Positions 59,310 to 64,000 of a stretch of DNA of 64,000 bases are shown piece after piece (position 1 is the first letter of the stretch; each line of letters begins with the position of its first letter). Source of the DNA: Thermoplasmata archaeon (GTDB taxonomy: Archaea; Thermoplasmatota; Thermoplasmata; RBG-16-68-12); the NCBI GenBank assembly GCA_035636595.1, contig DASPYU010000009.1, positions 31,705 to 95,704 on the forward strand. The letters are read 5' to 3'. Below the pieces are notes generated by a model that saw only the letters and a program-made list of their open reading frames with translations, did not search any database and had not been told where the DNA came from. Both the position numbers and the translations under genes were made by a program.

Positions 59310-60815
59310 ATGGGCAAGTCCGAGTATCTCAACTACGTCAACGGCGAATGGGTCGCGTCCCACAAGGAAGCCACGTACACGGTGGTCAATCCCGCGACGG
59401 GCGGGAAGATCGCATCCGTGCCGCAATCGGACCTCGAAGACACGCGCGCGGCCATCGACGCGGCCCGCCAGGCGTTCGACAAAGGCAAGTGGCCCCGCAT
59501 GACGCCGGGCGACCGGTCCGCGGCGTTGTTCAAACTCGCGAACCTGATCGAGGCGGACATGGACCGACTCGCGCCGCTCGAGTCGATGAACCAGGGGAAG
59601 ACGATCAAACAGGCGCGGGACGGCGACATCCCGTTCTCCGTCGACAACTTGCGCTTCATGGCCGGAGCGGCCCGCACCCTCACCGGCCAGGCGTCGATGG
59701 AGTATGCGTACGGCGCGACGAGCATCATCCGACGCGAACCTGTTGGGGTCATTGGTCAGATCACCCCGTGGAACTATCCGTTCATGATGGCCATCTGGAA
59801 GCTCGCGCCCGCGTTGGCGGCCGGCAACACCGCGGTCCTGAAACCCGCCTCCCTCACGCCGCTCACGACGCTCGAACTCGGCAAACTGGTCGAGAAGGCG
59901 GGCCTTCCCCGGGGGACCGTGAACCTCATCACGGGACCGGGCTCCGTCGTCGGCGAAGAACTCGCGGCGAGCACGAAGGTCGACATGGTCTCCCTGACCG
60001 GCGACACCGCGACGGGCAAAGAGATCATGAACGCCGCGAAGTCGAACGTGAAGCGCCTCCATCTCGAGCTCGGCGGCAAGGCGCCGTTCATCGTCTTCGA
60101 TGACGCAAACCTCGCGGCTGCCGCGGAGGGCGCCGTCGCCGCATCGATGGTCAACGGAGGCCAGGACTGCACGCAGGCCGCCCGATTCCTCGTCCACGAG
60201 AAGCTGTACAAGAAGTTCCAGGACAAGTTCCTCGAACGCCTCAAGACGATCCGCCTCGGGGACCCGCTTCAGCGGTCCACGGACCTCGGACCCCTCGTGT
60301 CGCAGAAGCAACGGGAGAGGGTCGAGCAGTACGTCGAGATCGGCGAGGACGAGGGCGCGAAGCTCGCCCTGGGCGGGAAGCGGCCGAAAGGCAAGGCATT
60401 CTACAAGGGTTGGTACTACGAGCCGACCGCCTTCGTCGACACGGACCCCACGATGCGCATCGCGAAGGAGGAGGTCTTCGGGCCCGTCGTCAACGTGCAG
60501 CGGTTCTCGAACGAGGACGATGCGATCGAGGCGGCGAACGACGTCGTGTACGGCCTCTACTCCTCCGTCTGGACGAAGGACGTGCAGCGCGCGCACCGAG
60601 TCGCGAACGCGTTGCGGTTCGGCGCCGTCGAGATCAACGACCACCTGCCGCTCGTGAGCGAGATGCCGCACGGCGGGTACAAGCAAAGCGGCTTCGGGAA
60701 GGACCTGAGCGTGTACAGCCTCGAGGATTACACGGAGGTCAAGCACGTGTTCGTCGACCTGACGGATCAGGTCCGGAAGCCGTGGCATTACATGACGTTC
60801 GGCGATCCGACCTAG
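59310..60815 (+). CDS. NAD(P)-dependent aldehyde dehydrogenase (aminoaldehyde/betaine-aldehyde dehydrogenase-like)
   Basis: 501 aa: ITPWNYP, ELGGKAP, catalytic Cys in GQDCTQAAR. Full-length ALDH similarity. Confidence 0.9.
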   Translation: MGKSEYLNYVNGEWVASHKEATYTVVNPATGGKIASVPQSDLEDTRAAIDAARQAFDKGKWPRMTPGDRSAALFKLANLIEADMDRLAPLESMNQGKTIKQARDGDIPFSVDNLRFMAGAARTLTGQASMEYAYGATSIIRREPVGVIGQITPWNYPFMMAIWKLAPALAAGNTAVLKPASLTPLTTLELGKLVEKAGLPRGTVNLITGPGSVVGEELAASTKVDMVSLTGDTATGKEIMNAAKSNVKRLHLELGGKAPFIVFDDANLAAAAEGAVAASMVNGGQDCTQAARFLVHEKLYKKFQDKFLERLKTIRLGDPLQRSTDLGPLVSQKQRERVEQYVEIGEDEGAKLALGGKRPKGKAFYKGWYYEPTAFVDTDPTMRIAKEEVFGPVVNVQRFSNEDDAIEAANDVVYGLYSSVWTKDVQRAHRVANALRFGAVEINDHLPLVSEMPHGGYKQSGFGKDLSVYSLEDYTEVKHVFVDLTDQVRKPWHYMTFGDPT

Positions 60816-60847
60816 GCGGGTGCACGGGCGCCGTCCTCGCGCGGCGC

Positions 60848-62041
60848 TCAGGTGTCGAGGGAACGCTCCGACCACGCGAGCGGCAGTTCACGAGCGGCCC
60901 ACTCCTTGAAGACCCGCGCGGGATCCAGGGCCTCCGGCGGATGGACGCCGGGACCGGGCGCCGCCTTCTCGTCACCCATTAGGCCCACCCCGATCGCCGC
61001 ACCCACGGCGCTGAGGTAGTACGTCGCGATCGTCGATCGACGGCGGTTCGCTTCTTGATGGGTCATCGTGACGTCCCCCCGACGCACGAGCCGTTCGGAT
61101 CCTCGGGCCCCTTCGACCTCCGTCGACAGCGACGTCGCGCCGTGTAGCGGCAGCATGAGCGCGGACGGCTCCGGGAACGCGGACAACATCGCGCGTCGGA
61201 ACGCGACCATCTGATTCCCGACGCGGATGAGACGGGAGTCCGCGAGGAGTCCGAGACGGTCGAGCGAGATCAGCGCGCGCACGAGGTTCGGATCGAGCGC
61301 GTACTTGTAGTCGACCCGCCCCACGGGCTTGCCGAGGTATCGGGGCAGCGTCTTGACCTCCTCGTGGGACACGAGGTAGGTGCGCCGCACCCCGACGGGG
61401 GAGGGGAACGCGAACTCCTCCGCCTCGCTCAGCGGCTCGCGGTCCTCCAGTTTGCCATCGAGCCACACGGTCGGCCGCACGAGGATGTCCGACAGGAACG
61501 CCTCGCGCGAATAGGGCGGGAAGTGGTCCGAGCCGGAGAGGCTGACGATGTCGCCGCAGCGGATGCGGATCGCATCGACCCGATCGAAGCCGCTCGCCGC
61601 ATCGCGCGCCATGACGTTCGAAATCCCGGGATCGAGGCCGAATGAGATGAGGGCGGTGACCCCCTGCGCCTTGAATTGTTCGTCCATCTCGAGCTGCTCG
61701 AAAATCCCCGGCGGCCCTCCGGGCTCCCGCGGCCCCGTGGCAGCGACATCGAGGTAGTTCGCGCGCACCTGGAGGGCGGCTTGCATGAGCTCGAGGTTGT
61801 ACCGCGGGAGCGTCGCGTTGATGACGATGTCCGCGCCCTGGATCGCACGTACGATCCCCGCGTGGTTCTCGATGTTCAGCTGCATCGCCTCGATCGGGAC
61901 CCGGCCACGGATGCCGGTGAGGACGCGCGCCCGTTCCCCGTGCTGGTCGATCAGCAAGATCGACGTCATGTGCGGATCGACGCGGAGCTCCGACGCGAGG
62001 GTCCGGCCCAAGCCGCCGACGCCCAGGATGACGACCCGCAT
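60848..62041 (-). CDS. Saccharopine dehydrogenase family protein (NAD(P)-binding Rossmann domain plus C-terminal domain)
   Basis: MRVVILGVGGLGRTLASEL (GxGxxG) with similarity to the Sacchrp_dh_NADP family (saccharopine or carboxynorspermidine dehydrogenase-like). Confidence 0.7.
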   Translation of the reverse strand: MRVVILGVGGLGRTLASELRVDPHMTSILLIDQHGERARVLTGIRGRVPIEAMQLNIENHAGIVRAIQGADIVINATLPRYNLELMQAALQVRANYLDVAATGPREPGGPPGIFEQLEMDEQFKAQGVTALISFGLDPGISNVMARDAASGFDRVDAIRIRCGDIVSLSGSDHFPPYSREAFLSDILVRPTVWLDGKLEDREPLSEAEEFAFPSPVGVRRTYLVSHEEVKTLPRYLGKPVGRVDYKYALDPNLVRALISLDRLGLLADSRLIRVGNQMVAFRRAMLSAFPEPSALMLPLHGATSLSTEVEGARGSERLVRRGDVTMTHQEANRRRSTIATYYLSAVGAAIGVGLMGDEKAAPGPGVHPPEALDPARVFKEWAARELPLAWSERSLDT

Positions 62042-62102
62042 CGAGCGACCCAGGGAGTGTCGGAGGGTTTAGTCTTTTCGCGGCGGGAAGCGCGTCGCGT
62101 TC

Positions 62103-62909
62103 TCAGGTGCGGACGGCTTTCGCCCACCCGACGATCGCGTTCGCGGTCGCTTCGGGGGATTCCCACATGGGCATGTGTCCGATGTCGGGGAGGATGGCCC
62201 GCATCGGTGCGGACGCAGCTTCGGACACGGGGATGAGGGCGTCGGCCGTCCCGTGGACGACCAGTCGCGGACCCGATAACGAAGCGAACGCGGCCGTACG
62301 ATCCGGTCGGGCCGCCATCGCCGCGAGGGCCGCGATCACGCCGTCGGGGCGCGCGCGTTCGATGATCTGAGCGGCTCGAGGCCGCCACGCTGCCGCTCCG
62401 GTCGGGCCGACGAGTTTTTCCGCGAGTCCTGGAAGGAGGGCCTTCGCGCCTCCTGCGCGCACCTTCTCGATCGTCTCGAAACGGCCCTTTCGAGCCGCCT
62501 CGCTGTCGGCCGCCGTCCGCGATGAGACAAGACCCAACGCCGCGAGACCGGGTCGACGTTCGGCAAGCGCCAGCGCAACGTAGCCGCCGAAACTGTGACC
62601 CGCGACGGCAACGCGGTGTGACCCGAAGGCGTCCAGGAACTTCGCCACTTCGATCGCATAGTTCTCCACCGTCGCTTGTTCGAATTCCATCGGTGGACTG
62701 TCTCCGAATCCGGTGAGATCCGGCGAGAGCACGCGGAACCCTGCGCCCGCGATTCCGCTCATCACCGGCTGCCAAATCGAGCGGTTCAAGGGCCATCCGT
62801 GGAGGAGGACGACAATCGGATCCGGACCGTGTCCGGTGGCGTCGAACGCGAGCGTAGGCAATCTCCTTCGGCTCCTCTCAACCTCCGATCGTGAACCAGC
62901 AGCCGCCAC
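62103..62909 (-). CDS. Alpha/beta hydrolase fold protein
   Basis: HGWP oxyanion region, nucleophile elbow GHSFGG, C-terminal His. The track start is GTG; a TTG at ~62861 (..LPTLAFDATG) is an alternative. Confidence 0.7.
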   Translation of the reverse strand: MAAAGSRSEVERSRRRLPTLAFDATGHGPDPIVVLLHGWPLNRSIWQPVMSGIAGAGFRVLSPDLTGFGDSPPMEFEQATVENYAIEVAKFLDAFGSHRVAVAGHSFGGYVALALAERRPGLAALGLVSSRTAADSEAARKGRFETIEKVRAGGAKALLPGLAEKLVGPTGAAAWRPRAAQIIERARPDGVIAALAAMAARPDRTAAFASLSGPRLVVHGTADALIPVSEAASAPMRAILPDIGHMPMWESPEATANAIVGWAKAVRT

Positions 62910-63993
62910 CGGAGCCGCGTCCGGTGCCTTCGCCCCAGATCACGAAGTTCGTTCCGCGCGAGTCCGCCGCGATCCCGAAGTAATCGCCGTACGGGAACAC
63001 GTATCCGCTCGCGCTCTTGTACGACGCACCGCTCCCCAGATCCGACAACTGCACTTCGGTCGACCAGTGCGCGCCCGCATCCGTGGTGCGCCGGAAGAAC
63101 GTGTTCCACGCGGTCGGTCCGTTCCGGTTGTCCTGCCAGGCGACGCGGAAATCTCCGGAGGCGGGGCCGTGCGTGATGACGGGGAATCCGCTGTCTCCCG
63201 CGTCGTTCACGAGGCTCGGTTCGCTCCACGAGGCGCCGCCATCCGAGGACGTCCGCGCGAAGAGCGTCTTCGGCGCATCCGCCTGCGCGTTCTTCGAATA
63301 GACGACCATGATCGTTCCCGAGGAATCCATGTCCATCGCGATCTGGGCCTGGAACTCGTCCGTGATGCACACGGGGACGACGCATCCGGACGATTCCTCG
63401 CTGTGCTCGACCGGGAGAATCGTCCATGTCGCGCCGCCGTCCGTCGATTTCACGAGGACGAGATCGACGGGCCCGGTCCCCTTCGCGGTCTCGACGCTCA
63501 TCGAGAAAAAGGCGGTCCCGTCGGCCGCGACAACGCCGCTCTCCGGATAGTAGAACAGCGAGTTCGTTGAGGGCGTGAGCCGCACGGGCTTGCCGAAGGT
63601 GGCTCCCGCGTCATGCGACGCTGCGACGTAGGGATCTCCGTGATTCCATGCAATGTACACGCTCTCTCCGTCCGGGGATATCGCGAGCCACGGTTTGTCA
63701 CCCCATCCGGATCCGGAGCTGCCCGCGTTCACCGGCCGAGTCCACGTGGCCCCATGATCCGAGGATTTCGAGAGGGCCATGCCAGGATTCCAGTTGTCGA
63801 GCCACGCGACGAAGACGATACCATCGTTCGCGACCCGGATGATCGGGTCGGCCTGCCAAGGTCCCGCGATGTTGTTGCTGCGGCAATCGATCCCGCAGAT
63901 GAACTGCGGCGGTCCCCAAGACGCGCCGCTGTCCGGCGAGACGCGGATGAGGATCGACGGCTCGGGGCATTGGCGGCACTCCTTCGCATCCAT
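62878..63993 (-). CDS. BNR/Asp-box repeat protein (sialidase-like / Ycf48-like beta-propeller)
   Basis: Five Asp-box repeats (SSDHGATWT, STDGGATWT, SSDGGASWS, TTDAGAHWS, PDSGASWG). The N-terminus is at the window edge and may be incomplete. Confidence 0.7.
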   Translation of the reverse strand: MDAKECRQCPEPSILIRVSPDSGASWGPPQFICGIDCRSNNIAGPWQADPIIRVANDGIVFVAWLDNWNPGMALSKSSDHGATWTRPVNAGSSGSGWGDKPWLAISPDGESVYIAWNHGDPYVAASHDAGATFGKPVRLTPSTNSLFYYPESGVVAADGTAFFSMSVETAKGTGPVDLVLVKSTDGGATWTILPVEHSEESSGCVVPVCITDEFQAQIAMDMDSSGTIMVVYSKNAQADAPKTLFARTSSDGGASWSEPSLVNDAGDSGFPVITHGPASGDFRVAWQDNRNGPTAWNTFFRRTTDAGAHWSTEVQLSDLGSGASYKSASGYVFPYGDYFGIAADSRGTNFVIWGEGTGRGSGGGCWFTIGG

Positions 63994-64000
63994 CCCGGTC

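Overview
This window is a high-GC (roughly 65%) archaeal chromosomal segment, read entirely from sequence plus the supplied ORF track. The archaeal assignment rests on aEF-2, aEF-1alpha and S10 being adjacent, an archaeal-type TIM and Kae1, and many surface proteins anchored by a C-terminal transmembrane helix. Placement within Euryarchaeota is a low-confidence guess.

Main content, in order:
- Translation block: the 3' end of aEF-2, aEF-1alpha and ribosomal protein S10.
- tRNA-Ala(UGC), followed by a ~590-bp lower-GC segment flanked by direct repeats.
- Mixed metabolic genes: two metallophosphoesterases, formate-tetrahydrofolate ligase, a LacD-type class I aldolase next to a class I FBPase, TIM, a class V aminotransferase, Kae1, a GT2 glycosyltransferase, a Rieske protein and P5C dehydrogenase.
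- A secreted lamin-tail/two-HKD PLD protein whose 3' end overlaps a Cas4-like nuclease carrying a four-TM insertion.
- An Opp/Dpp-type ABC transporter (binding protein fused to PKD domains, two permeases, two ATPases). The second ATPase carries a ~220-aa four-TM insertion inside its nucleotide-binding domain.
- An MFS transporter, then a diverged partial duplicate of the transporter's 3' half (permease 3' remnant plus both ATPases, again with the TM-inserted ATPase).
- An amino-acid/amine catabolism cluster: a BKACE/Kce enzyme, two class-III aminotransferases, three small SAM methyltransferases, a D-aminoacylase, an APC permease, a class I aminotransferase, an aldehyde dehydrogenase and a saccharopine-dehydrogenase-family protein.
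- A stand-alone Rab-like small GTPase, an ABC-2 exporter pair, an Lrp/AsnC tandem regulator, an ammonium transporter, tRNA-Val(GAC), an alpha/beta hydrolase and a BNR-repeat protein that runs to the window edge.

The most unusual items are the membrane-inserted Cas4-like nuclease coupled to the surface PLD protein, and the ABC ATPases with a TM-domain insertion. No CRISPR array, rRNA or clear transposase was seen.

Limits: many track ORFs start at GTG/TTG, and several long R/G/P-rich ORFs are GC-frame artefacts. Coordinates I placed by hand (not taken from the track) may be off by 1-2 nt.
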